NCBI RefSeq assembly: GCF_001194135.2
Contig: NC_068984.1
Coordinates: forward strand, 127,643,683 to 127,707,682
DNA from: Octopus bimaculoides
Taxonomy: Eukaryota
DNA length: 64,000 nt
Direction of reading: 5' to 3'
Below are positions 1 through 11,575 of this stretch, one piece after another; positions within the stretch are counted from its first letter, which is position 1, and each line of letters opens with the position of its first letter. The notes under the pieces were generated by a model that worked only from the letters and a program-made list of their open reading frames with translations, made no database searches and was not told where the DNA came from. The position numbers and the translations under genes were made by a program.

Positions 1-484
1 CCATTATGGTTCATTAATGGAGATTGGCATTAAGTATAATTACCTGTTGTGTCCTCTTAGCAGGGTGATGGAAACAGCAAGCTGGGGCTGTTTGTTTCTA
101 ATTATCTGATGACAGAATAATTAATTGCTACAAGTTTCATAATTAATCAGATTAGGATGACCACTGGCACTGATACCAGTTTTATATCTTCCTCATTTAA
201 AAGCTAGCTACTTGGACGGTTTCAGGATTTCCCCCAATTTCTTCATCAATTTATCATTATGTTAGTAGAGTTACAACTTGATGTCTACAATTATGAAAAA
301 TTTGTGGTGGCTTCTATTGGTGAAAGCCATTTTAGTAAAAGGCTGAAAATGGCTGGTATGGTATGGTATGGTATGGTATGAATACAAGTGCATTACATTT
401 CAGGGTTGTAATTAATCTTACCTTTAGAGTGGTTATTGGTTGTTTACAGAATTTATACTAATACACAATATAATCTACATTAAG

Positions 485-896
485 TGCAGGCATGACTGTA
501 TGGTTAAGAAGATTACTTCCCAACCATGTGGTCTTGGGTTCAGGTCCACTCTGCGGCACTTTGGGAAAGTGTCTTCTGGTATAGTCCCAGGTCAACCAAG
601 GCCTTGCGGGGGGATTTGATAGACAACAGCTGAAAGAAGCCCATTGTTCATGTGTGTGTGTCCCCATTCTTGTCTAGATATTACATGATGTTTGTAAATG
701 AGCATCACTGTCATACTAACGAGATTGTTTCTAGTTTTCCCTGCAAAACATGTCCGGCCATAGAGAAATATTATCTTGCATGGAGACAGGTGCAGGTTGG
801 TGACAGGAAGAACATCCAGCTGTTGAAAATCTGCTTCAGCAAGTTCTGTTTGACCCATTGCAAATATTGTTGTTGTTGTTGTTGTTGTTGTTGTTT
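485..896 (+). mobile_element. tRNA/CORE-type SINE, family A with RTE-derived tail (A2)
   Basis: Head gcaggcatgactgtatggttaagaag...gggttcaggtccact, CORE-like ctttgggaaagtgtctt, (TG)n hinge, then ggttggtgacaggaagaacatccagctgttgaaaatctgc matching the RTE 3' UTR seen at 40.3-40.5 kb; ends in (TTG)n. Confidence 0.8.
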
Positions 897-999
897 TGAT
901 TTGTTCATCTCAGAACAAATCAAACATCAAAATATAGTGGATATAGAGATGGTCTCAGACTGGATTCCAACTGAGAAAGACCATTTTATTTTTGTTTAA

Positions 1000-1219
1000 C
1001 CCTTTAGCATTCAGATTATTCTGTTAAGTGTTCTGTTCATTTATTCATATTGGTTAGAATGAACCACGCATTAATTCACAGCTTTCGTATTTCAATGATG
1101 TGATTGTTTAGTTTTAGAATGACATTGAAGGATGGGTGTCAGAGGCTGGATTTGGCTGGTTTGAACATGAAACAGCTAGAATATTTGGGTCTCATATGAC
1201 CGGTTTAAATGCTAAAGGT
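1000..1219. mobile_element. piggyBac-like MITE (220 bp)
   Basis: TTAA at 996-999 and 1220-1223; TIR CCCTTTAGCATT / AATGCTAAAGGT; same family as 20063-20282. Confidence 0.8.
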
Positions 1220-1309
1220 TTAAACCCCTTGAATTACCAACAACTTCACACTTAGTTTAGAATTAAGGCTCTGATGCTGGAATTCTTCCTGGGATTTGTT
1301 ACAGCTGTT

Positions 1310-1891
1310 CCCAACTATGGTCTTCAGAGACTGTGAAACAAACTGTGGAACTCAAAGCAATCCAGTGCCAATACACAAAAAAGATTGATTCTATGCAAAA
1401 GATGGGTATACTGGGAGAGGCCGAAGGAGCTGAGTCTCTATTCCCTTGAGAGAAGTCAAGAGAGATATGTAGTGATATATATATTTGGAAGATCTTAGAG
1501 GGTTTAGCTCCCAATTTTGGAATTGACAGCTATACCAATCCCCGAACTGGACGACACTGCATCGTACCAAAGATCCTGTCTTACCCATCTAAAATAAGGG
1601 CACAATACTGCAATAGTCTGGGTTTCAAGGGCCTGCAATTGTTTAACATCCTGCCAGGCAACCTTAGAGATCTGCATGGTATTGATGTGGTTGTTTTAAA
1701 GGAACGTCTGGACGGGTTTCTATCTGAGATACCAGATGAACCCACATTGCGACAGGAGAAACAAAGGAGAGCAGCTCTGTCCAAATTACTACTTCACCAA
1801 AAACAATACCAGAAGCAACACTGAGAAACTACAGGTGGTGCACCAGCATGACCTCAGCTCTGGGCTGGAACCAGTAAAAGATAAAGGATAA
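1310..1891 (+). mobile_element. CR1-clade LINE, 5'-truncated 3' end with frameshifts
   Basis: Manual translation across frameshifts: YWERPKELSLYSLERSQERY..WKILEGLAPNFGI...LQLFNILPGNLRDL...LDGFLSEIPDEP, typical CR1 ORF2 C-terminus; stop at 1822-1824, then a short 3' UTR ending agtaaaagataaaggataa. Confidence 0.85.
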
Positions 1892-2496
1892 ATCCAGAAA
1901 ACATTTGATGGCAATCAGACATGATATCAGTTAAAATGTTTTGTAGATGTGTATCTGGTAAATGTACTCTGAGTTTAGTAGTGCAAGGAGTTACAATTTT
2001 GATAACACTTTATCTGAAGTTTTTCCACATTTCAGGTAATATTTTTACCCTTACTGTTTGGCAAACTTTGTGTAAGGGGGCTAGCAGAAATATTGCATGT
2101 TGTTGATCAGATTTTAAAAATATTTATTTTCCTTTTCATTCATACCACGTTGGTATAATTCTTCACAGCTGGTTAGTTGCTTTAATGAAGTAGAGAGAAC
2201 TAAATAAAATATACAAATTGTTAAGGAGCTTGAAGCCAGTTTCAATAAACTCTGTGTGTGGCAAGACATTAAGTAAATAAATAGAATTACGTCTACGATA
2301 AAGTATAACTGAGATGGATAGCATCTCTCTCCGGCAAACCAAAATAAGAAATGAATTTATTTGACTGAAATGTTGTTCTTTATTTTTCTATATTTGTTTG
2401 ACTAAACTCTTCAAAGCAGTGCCCCAACATGGCAGCAGTTCAGTGACTGAAACAAAATAAAAGATAAAGATTTATGGGATTTATTTAGAACAGAAT

Positions 2497-2536
<40 letters not shown>

Positions 2537-2644
2537 TAGTAAAAATGGTAGGATATGGTAATAATCTTCTTTATATTCATTAGTGGTAGCCTTTATTTAC
2601 CTTTAGCAACAAAGTTAGCAACTCCATGTTAATCGTCTAAATGT

Positions 2645-3008
2645 AGGTGCAGACTCATATGGCTGTGTGGTTAGAAGCTTGCTTCCCAACCATATGATTT
2701 CAGGGCCAGGCCCATTGTTTGGTACCTTGGGCAAGTGTCTTCTACTCTAGCCTCGGGTTGACCAAAGCCATATGAGTGGATTTGGTAATTTGTTATATAT
2801 ATGTATGTGGGTTTATGTTTGTGTTTGTCCCATAATACCACTTCACAACTGGTGTTGGTGCATTTACATCCCTGTAACTAGCAGTTTGGCAAAAGAGATC
2901 AATAGAATAAAGTACTAAAAGTACTGGTATCAATTCATTCAACTAAAAATTCTTAAAGGTGGTGCCCCAGCATGGCTGTGGACTAATGACTGAAACAAGT
3001 AAAAAATA
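2645..3008 (+). mobile_element. SINE family A with CR1-like tail (A1)
   Basis: ggctgtgtggttagaagcttgcttcccaacc head, ccttgggcaagtgtctt CORE-like box, internal (TA/TG)n, tail ggtggtgccccagcatggc...gactgaaacaagtaaaa. Confidence 0.85.
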
Positions 3009-3250
3009 GTTGGCCGGAATCTTTGTACAACTGGATTTCTTTTGGTCCAGTGTTTGGATAATGTGTTGTATCTATCAAACATGTACCAGTCCTTGTAGAA
3101 ACCATGCTAAGCATATCCACTGTTTTGTCTCCAGATCTGCATGCTTCTGATACTTTCAACAGCTACTAGACAAACGTATCTCTTCCGCAAAGAAGGCTAA
3201 AAATAAAACAAAAGACAAAAAAGGTTTATGGATACCCACTCTTCTTAGAT

Positions 3251-3487
3251 CAGCATTTCACAACCATTTTTTTACCTATAGACCCCTTTGATTCCTATTT
3301 TACTTGGATGGACTCTTCTAGCTATCTGATGGTTAAAAAATCATATATATTTTTATAATTAAATATTATTAGGAATTGTATTAAAAAAATTGATAAAATA
3401 TTTTGTGTACTGTGGAAGTATAACCAATTTATTGCAGGATAAATTCTAATGACAAAATCTTATGTAGACCCCAGTTGAGAACCACTG
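3251..3487. mobile_element. degenerate hAT-type MITE
   Basis: Imperfect TIRs CAGCATTTCACAACC / AGTTGAGAACCACTG (10/15); flanks cttcttagat / ctttttagat (9/10). Confidence 0.6.
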
Positions 3488-3639
3488 CTTTTTAGATAAA
3501 TGAATAAGAAAAGAAGGATCTTCAGAAATATTTGCTGGATACTGACATATTTAATCCTGTTTGTTAATCTATTGGTTTATTAGGCTGCTTTATTAACTGT
3601 CATGACTTCAGCATCAGGTCACTACAAAGGTAAGAAGAA

Positions 3640-3750
3640 AGAAATCAAAGCATGAAAGTGGTAAGACAGTTGTAACTAATATAAGATACAATCAAATTGG
3701 ATACAATACCATTTGGGTTTGTATCTGGACGTAAAAACCTAAATGATGAG
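3640..3750 (+). mobile_element. possible ancient RTE reverse-transcriptase relic
   Basis: Translates as IKLDTIPFGFVSGRK, resembling the RT QFGF.PGR.T motif; heavily decayed. Confidence 0.3.
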
Positions 3751-4511
3751 GTATAGAAAAGATCCAGGTTTTAAGGGTATTACAAAAGGCCTGGCTGGAG
3801 GCCCAACCTTCCAAGTCCTTTTACAGGGCTTAGAAAAACTGAAGTGTGTGAATCTGAGCGGGGAATTTGTTGAATGAAATTATTATTAATTGACCCTCTT
3901 GAATCTTCGTTTACCCAAAGCCAGGAACTTTTCAGCACCCTCTTGTATGCCTCTGTAAAACACAAGTGAAAATGTGTAAGGCCTTACATATTGTGGTTGA
4001 TCACTTTTTATTTAGAAGGTACTTAACTGCAAACGAACCTGTTTCTACAATGAATAGAATGTTTTAGACCTATCTAACCTATGCGAAAAAGTGAAATCTG
4101 AGGCAAAAAAGTGTTTGCCAACAACAAGTGGATAAAGACTGAGAAATTTGGAAATGCATCTACTTGAAGATGATGATAATAATGGTAAAGACTGCAATTG
4201 TTGAGAACTGTGGAATAGAACATCATTGTAACTGTTTCTTTATAATTGCCTACATTGATATGAATGCCTTCCAGTCATACTACTTATTAGATCTACATGT
4301 TTCAATGGTTTAGATTTTATTCTGGCAGTTCTCTTCAATACAGCTTTTAGAATATGACTTATACCGTGTTATATATGCAATTATTGCTTTACAACAAGGC
4401 TTTCTAACAATTGTTACATAATATGGCTGCAGGCATGGCTCTTAGGTTAATTAACCTCTCTACAACCTATAAAATAGTTTGTTTTATGTATATTATTTAT
4501 ATAAAATATGT

Positions 4512-4550
<39 letters not shown>

Positions 4551-4770
4551 CACACGTATATATGTGTGTATGTGTGTGTGTAAAATATTTTAGAACACCA
4601 CTACAGTTTCCTTCCACCATATTCTTCCCCTTGCCATATTTGTGAGATAATAAGTTTAATCTTAATACAAATTAATAGAGTTACTACTGGACAATATACT
4701 TCATACATTAGCTCCTAAGATTTTAACACACTCAACATCAAATGTTACACATCTAAAAATTACAAAATTG

Positions 4771-4807
<37 letters not shown>

Positions 4808-4987
4808 AAATTGTCTCTGGTGGCATTTTCTTATTATTTCTACTTTGTCTGTAAAAATTAAATTCATCGCTCTAGTGATGATAAAAATTATTATCATTTG
4901 GCAAGATTGTATGTCAAAATATCCTGTGATATTCCTTTTGCTTCTTTATACTCTGAATTAAATTCCACCAAGGTCAAATGGAACACA

Positions 4988-5140
4988 TGTGTAGCTTTGT
5001 AGTTAAAGTGCTGGACTCATGATCGTAACATTGTGGTTTCGATTCCTGGACCAGGTGACATGTTGTGTTCTTGAGCAAAACACTTAGTTTCATGTTGCTC
5101 CAATCCACTCAGCTGACAAAAGTGAATAATCTTGTGATGC
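4988..5140 (+). mobile_element. CORE-SINE fragment
   Basis: tRNA-like head (gtggtttcgattcc B box) plus tgtgttcttgagcaaaacactt...gctccaatccactcagctg; related copies at 16973-17310 and 63075-63280. Confidence 0.7.
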
Positions 5141-5260
5141 ACCTCTGAAACTGGAGAATTAGCCCCATGAGACTATATAACTCAGAAAAGCTCTTTATCC
5201 TATCCTTACCCCAAGGTCGACTTTGCATTTCAGCCTTTTGAAGGTTGATAAAATAAAGTA

Positions 5261-6235
5261 TTAGGTTGAGGAAAAAGTTTGAGTGCCATGTTAAAATAAT
5301 GCTTTTTTATATATTTTTATGGTGTGTGTGTTCATTCAGTTCGTATCGTTCAATGGTGACTCACTGTTGAAAAGTACCCAAGACTTATTTGTCGAAAATG
5401 TGCTTTATTTTAACAAGACAATGCAAAGCTGCATACTGCCAGAAAGACCAGCAACAAGATTGAAGAATTGGATGGTGGGGAAGTTCTGCCACATCCAGCC
5501 TATCTATAGTCCAGACGTTGCTCCCTCTGACTACGGTCTCTTCCGATCAATGCAGCACTTTATGAAAGGTCACCAATTTGAGTCATTCAATGAAGATGAA
5601 GAAGCCTCTTTTACTCTTTTACTTGTTTCAGTCATTTGACTGCAGCTATGCTGGAGCACCGCCTTTAGTCGAGCAAATCGACCCCAGGACTTATTCTTTG
5701 TAAAAGCCTAGTACTTATTCTATTGCTCTCTTTTTGCCGAATCGCTAAGTTACGGGGATGTAAACACACTAGCATCAGTTGTCAAGCGATGTTGGAGGGA
5801 CAAACACAGACACACAAACATATACACACACATACATACATACATACATACATATACACACATATATATNNNNNNNNNNNNNNNNATATATATATATGTA
5901 TATACATATATACGATGGGCTTCTTTCAGTTTCCGTCTACCAAATCCACTCACAAGGCTTTGGTCAGCCTGAGGCTATAGTAGAAGGCACTTGCCCAAGG
6001 TGCCACGCTGTGGGACTGAACCCAGAACCATGTGGTTGGTAAGCAAGCTACTTACCACACAGCAACGCCAAAGGATTGGTACTTTGACCAAATCCGAAAG
6101 CTTGCAGATCATTGGCAGAAGGTCGTGGAAAATGATGGTCTTTATTTTGAAGAATAGTTGTTGTTGATTTTAAATAAATTCTTGCATAAAAAATCATTAT
6201 TTTAACATGGCGCACAGACTTTTTCCTCAACCTAG
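5261..6235 (+). mobile_element. internally deleted mariner (Tc1/mariner) transposon interrupted by a SINE
   Basis: ~41-bp TIRs TTAGGTTGAGGAAAAAGTTTGAGTGCCATGTTAAAATAATG (from 5261) and its near-perfect reverse complement at 6195-6235; TA at 5259-5260; QDNAKLH...HPAYSPDVAPSDYGLFRSMQHF (4-bp ctat duplication at ~5500); C-terminus PKDWYFDQIRKLADHWQKVVENDGLYFEE* at 6068-6157. Confidence 0.92.
5607..6063 (-). mobile_element. SINE family A1 nested in the mariner
   Basis: Full head-to-tail match to the other A1 copies; internal microsatellite contains an N gap. Confidence 0.9.
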
Positions 6236-6387
6236 TTTTAGTCAAAAATCAGAACTGATTTAATCTACTTGCCCCATTCCATAAGAAATTGCTTACATTG
6301 TGCCTTGATTAAAGTAAAATACCACTTAAATACTGAAGTTGATGGTATCAACTTACTCTTCACCTCAGACCTAAATCAGAAATCATT

Positions 6388-6598
6388 TTTGGTTTTAAAT
6401 TTTGGTACAAAGCCAGCAATTTCAAGGGATGGAGTAAGTTGATTACTTTGACCTCAGTGCTCAACTGGTACTTATTTTATTAACCTTGAAAGGATGAAAG
6501 GCAAATTCAACACTAGCGGCATTTGAACTCAGAATGTAAAAATGTACAAAATGCCACTGGGCATTTTTCTTGGCATGTTTAACAACTCTGCCAGCTCT
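6388..6598 (-). mobile_element. SINE family B
   Basis: ctggtacttattttattaaccttgaaaggatgaaaggcaaa...atttgaactcagaa: reverse of the conserved gcctttcatcctttcggggtcgataaa..aagtaccag domain. Confidence 0.75.
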
Positions 6599-7086
6599 TT
6601 AAATCAGAAATCCTTATGATTATTATTATTACTATTTACTTGAACTCTACACATCTCACTGTGCCAATAATTGAACATGATATTGAGGTCTTCGTTAAGA
6701 ACCATTGCCATTGTCATCATTTGATTAGGACAAGATATTATATTTGTAGCTTAAAATGTCAGAAGTCAGAAACATGACTGTTTGTTTGTAAAATAATTAA
6801 ATGAAAAAAGAAAATTTGTAAAAAAAAAAAAAAGTTTCCATAGAACTGTTAATGTGAATGGTCTGTTGTTGTATTGTCTGGTCGTCATTGTTGACAACAT
6901 AACCTCTTACATGGAATTAGGCTAGTCTTTGATTGAGCAGAAACTTTCTCGTGAATAATGCTGCATCCAAAGTAATAGATTATCCAGTGGTTAGTTAGAT
7001 TGTGTCAATGTAATTGAATGGTGATCATACTTTCACGTAAATGTAAGTCTTCTGGAGAAAGGAGACTGGAGGGTGATTAAGCTCTT

Positions 7087-7315
7087 ATGGAATATGTGAG
7101 CTCGACCTCCTCCTCCTCCTCCTCCTCCTCCTCATCATCATCATCATCATCATCTATGGAGTATGTGATCTCAAGCACTCATCCTCATCATCATTACCAT
7201 GGAATATGTAATCTCAAGCCCTCCATCCTCTTCCTCCTCCTCCTCATCATCATCATCAAAACCACCTCCATTACCATGGAATATGTGATCTCAAGCACCC
7301 CACCTTCTCCTCTTT

Positions 7316-7356
<41 letters not shown>

Positions 7357-7400
7357 CATGATGGTGACCACCACCACCACCATCATCATTACTGTTTCCA
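7087..7400. repeat. compound repeat: four ATGGAATATGTGATCTCAAGC-like anchors separated by (TCC)n/(TCA)n tracts
   Basis: Anchors start at 7087, 7156, 7199 and 7276. Confidence 0.85.
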
Positions 7401-8164
7401 CAAGTGGCAGAAAGCCCTGCTGCCGCCGCTGTTGCTGCTGTTGCTCTTCCAATCATAGAATTGGTTTGCTTTGAATCCTCAACAATGCCTGTTTTTCATT
7501 ATTCATTTATGAAAGAAGGATGTGACTGTCAAAAATACAATATTACCTATAAAAATCAATCAAACAAACAATATTTCAATCAATAATTTTTCTTCTTGCT
7601 GGTGGCAGTGGGATTTCTTTCTTTTTTTTTTTTTTCTCCTTTTTTTTTTGGTGGTCCTATTATATGAATCGAAAAATTTCAACTGTTATACGGACTGAAG
7701 GTATTTTTTTTTTTTTGTTCGTTCATTAGTTTGTTGGTGCATATTGCAACCATTCGGCTGGAAGCTGTTTGTTATTGATTTAGTCATAAAATACAACTGC
7801 TTTGATTATGAAATGATATTTTGTATCTTCCTGCTATTCATTATTGTCTTATTTGTTATGTGTGTGTGTGTGTGTGTGATGCATGTGTGTGGTGTCTTTG
7901 ATAAATGATGATAACTTTATATGAATTAGTTGCTTCATTTTCAGTAAAAGGAATGTGTCTAAGAGTGGGAGTCTGAACTTTCAGCCATTATATATTGCTA
8001 ACACATTGTCTGCCAAAGTTGGTTTTTCTTTGTCCTATCAACGAATTTCGAATGTAATAAATATTTTGGAAATGAATTAATAAAGTCTGGATACTTATTG
8101 ATCAGACCACATATGTTCCAAACATATGGCCATGACTGTGTGTGCGTGCTGGGTTGTGTGTGTT

Positions 8165-8381
8165 TGGTCCTCCTTGTTGATAGCTGTAAATGTTTGTCAC
8201 CATAATACAAGTAGTGTCATTCATGTCTAATATTCTATAAAAATATGTCAGATCAAGGTGAAATATTGTCTTGTTTGAAAACAGGTGAGGGTTGGCAAAA
8301 GGAAGGGCATCTGGCTGTAGAAAGTTGGCCTCAGAGAACTCTGTCAAACCCATGCAAGCAAGATGCTAAATTGATACATAC

Positions 8382-8427
<46 letters not shown>

Positions 8428-8543
8428 TTTATTTAAAAGCAGCAGAAATATAACAAAAACTGTTACTCGGAGTTTTACGTTCCCGTTCATCGGACAGTTT
8501 AGTGCACCTTGTTGCATATTTATGTGCTTACTCTGGTAAGCAC

Positions 8544-8577
<34 letters not shown>

Positions 8578-8824
8578 TCAGTCCCATTGCGTGACACCTT
8601 GGGCAAGTGTCTTCTACTATAGCCCTGAGCTGACCAAATCCTTGTGAGTGGATTTGGTAGACAGAAACTGAAAGAAGCTCATCATATATATATACATGTA
8701 TGTGTGTTTGTCCCCCATTGCTATTTGATAACTGGTGTTGGTGTGTTTATATCCCCATGACTTAACGGTTCAGCAAAAGCAACCAATAGAATAAGTACCA
8801 GGCTTAAAGAAAAGTACTGAGGTT
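8165..8824 (+). mobile_element. SINE family A fragments (A2 3' part ~8165-8375; A1 ~8575-8824)
   Basis: aaacaggtgagggttggcaaaaggaagggcatctggctgtag tail; cagtcccattgcgtgacaccttgggcaagtgtctt body. Confidence 0.75.
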
Positions 8825-9088
8825 NNNNNNNNNNNNNNNNNNNNNNNNNNNNNNNNNNNNNNNNNNNNNNNNNNNNNNNNNNNNNNNNNNNNNNNNNNNN
8901 NNNNNNNNNNNNNNNNNNNNNNNNNNNNNNNNNNNNNNNNNNNNNNNNNNNNNNNNNNNNNNNNNNNNNNNNNNNNNNNNNNNNNNNNNNNNNNNNNNNN
9001 NNNNNNNNNNNNNNNNNNNNNNNNNNNNNNNNNNNNNNNNNNNNNNNNNNNNNNNNNNNNNNNNNNNNNNNNNNNNNNNNNNNNNNNN

Positions 9089-9122
<34 letters not shown>

Positions 9123-9549
9123 CGATATATCTTATTATGATAGCTTTCACCATTTGGTGTCTCACGAGATACTGAGATTTTAATTTAAATATGAACACTT
9201 TGATATGGCTGGTCTAGTGTGGCCTAGTATTAAAAGAATCTCTGCAGTGTTCACATGATAAGCTAAATTCAATCTTAACGAAAGAGACAGGACCACTGAA
9301 TCTATATACTTCCCTGTTCCATAATCAGTGGCGTTTGGCTCTCGTCCTAATGAGACTAGCGTTGTATCAGCAAAGAGAGAAGCATTAGTCTTATATCTGT
9401 CCTCAGCTGTCAGATGAAAGGAATTTATTTCCACTATTTTCACAGACATTTACCTGCAGCCTGTTACATCATCAGATCTTAATCAGGCCTTATCTACAAG
9501 TGGTGGGGGCGGGGTGTAAATTACAGTCACAAAAGCCAAACTGTACATT

Positions 9550-10046
9550 GTGGCATGATTCTGAGTTTAGCAAAGCCACATTTGTCGCCATCACCACCAC
9601 CACCACCACCACCACCACCATCATCATCATTGTGGCATGATGTTGATTTGGGTGATACCACATTTATCATTATCATCATTATAGTCATCATCATTGTCAG
9701 TTGTTGCCTACATCATCATCATCATCATCATCATCTTCATCATCATCATAGTTGATGCCTACACCATCATTGTCATCATTGTCGTAGTTCCCAACATCAT
9801 CATCATTGTCATAGTTAATGCCTACATCATCATCATCGTCATCACCATTGTCATAGTTGTTGCCTACATCACCATCATCGTCATCATGGCGTGATATTGA
9901 GTTGGGTGATACCACATTTATCATCATCATCATCGTCATAGTTGTTGTCCACATCATCATCATCATCATCGTCATCATCAGGTCATGACATTGAGTTGAG
10001 TGATACCTCATTTACCATCATCATCATCATCATCATCATTATCATC
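9550..10046. repeat. compound (CAT)n array with four ~35-bp anchors and a shorter internal sub-anchor
   Basis: GGCATGATRTTGAGTTGGGTGATACCACATTT-like anchors at ~9551, 9632, 9887 and 9981; ATAGTTGTTGCCTACATC sub-units in between. Confidence 0.85.
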
Positions 10047-10631
10047 TTTACACTCTCTTTCTCTGCTGGCATGAACAGTTAGACAGGATCTAAAAAACTG
10101 GAAAACCAAATCTTGCTCTAGAGTTTCAGCCTCAACATGGTTTTTATGGCCTGATGCCCTTCTTAATATCAGTCAACTTACAGAGTGTAGTGGGTGTTGC
10201 TGTGTAATTAACCAGACTTAAAAGCTCCTTTGCCTGAGAGGGAGAATAGGAAACAGGGTGTTTGTTTTATGTGAGATGTTGAGAGGGTAGTAGTGTATGG
10301 TAGGAGGAGTAGGGACAGGTTTGTTGTGAAAGAGATTCATGGCTATTTTGCATTTTACATTGGTGGGTAGAGATGTGTAGAGTGGTGCCACGAAGGGAAG
10401 TAACTATGGTGATGACGAGGTTCCAGAACACACTCTCAGGGTAACATGTCCAAGGAGGGGGATAGCAGAGAACATGGAGATAAGAGATGGTGGGGGTGGG
10501 GTGGGTAGTGGTGAATAAGGTTGTAAGAAAGTGAGGGGAGACTGGGAGGTGATATAAACTTGTGTTAGTCCATTGTTTGACCAAACTGACTTTACTTCCC
10601 TTCCAGAAGGCCTGTCTCCATCTGTTTTACG

Positions 10632-11069
10632 CAGTGGCGTAGCTAGGGTAAACTGTGCCTGGGCCAAGCTGCAAAAATGCGCCCCCCACCGCTTAATTAC
10701 AAAATCCACAATATTATATAGTACTTATTTGTTACAAGTAGTTAATGTTTTAGTAATAAATACTTTACAAGGGTTTATTTACCTGCCGGTTGGGTACAGC
10801 CTGTAATTCAAAATATATTTTTTGAATGTTTACTTTTCTAAATTTTATGGAGTTCAGGCTTATCGTGTTATGCTCAATTCTGCACCTCCACTTCAATGGG
10901 GCACGTGCCCCCCTGCTCTCCCCCCTTGCTCTCCCCCCTTGCTCNNNNNNNNNNNNNNNNNNNNNNNNNNNNNNNNNNNNNNNNNNNNNNNNNNNNNNNN
11001 NNNNNNNNNNNNNNNNNNNNNNNNNNNNNNNNNNNNNNNNNNNNNNNTCCCCCCCCAGTTACACTACTG
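10632..11069. mobile_element. hAT-type MITE
   Basis: Starts CAGTGGCGTAGCTAG, ends CAGTTACACTACTG (10/14 inverted match); 8-bp TSD GTTTTACG / GTTTTACA; internal N gap. Confidence 0.75.
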
Positions 11070-11129
11070 GTTTTACATATTACACCTGTGTAACACTCCA
11101 ACTCCCAGATGTTCTTGTGACCATGTCTA

Positions 11130-11575
11130 TGATTCATCATCTTCACCATCATTGTTGTTGTTGTCTAATGTCTGCTTTTCCATGCTTGCATTGATCAGAT
11201 GGGAATCGTTGAAGCAGATTTTCTATGTTGAGATGCCTCTCCTATTGTTAATCCTTACCTGTTTCCAAGTAAACATTTCTCCATAACTAGCTGTGTTTTC
11301 AGGTAAGGTTGGGAATGAACAGTATTGCATGTTTGGCATCAATGCTTGTTTTATACTTGTCGCCTTATATCTAGACAGGAACTCACATACATACCTTTAT
11401 ATGATAGGCTTTTTTCAGTGTCCATCTACCAGATCTTCTCACAAAGGCTTTGGTTGGTTTGGGGTTATGGTAGAGAACATTTGCCAAAAGTGCTGTACAG
11501 TGAGACTGAACCCAAAGCCATACTACCAATACCTGTGTGATTCCTAACTCACAAAAAGTTTCGCGCATCACCTTT
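11130..11575 (-). mobile_element. SINE family A2 (degenerate)
   Basis: Reverse-strand match to the head and RTE-like tail of 485-896. Confidence 0.65.

Noticed and set aside
9415-9480. Minus-strand CTGATGA...GAAA
   Set aside because: No helix III/UH triplet or helix I can be formed.
7087-10046. CRISPR-like repeat-spacer appearance of the two anchor arrays
   Set aside because: Spacers are trinucleotide microsatellites, anchors are degenerate, there are no cas genes and the context is eukaryotic.
10230-10620. Overlapping ~100-aa minus-strand ORFs
   Set aside because: Strand-biased purine-rich sequence with only faint CR1-like wording (VTSL); not supportable as a gene or a confident LINE call.
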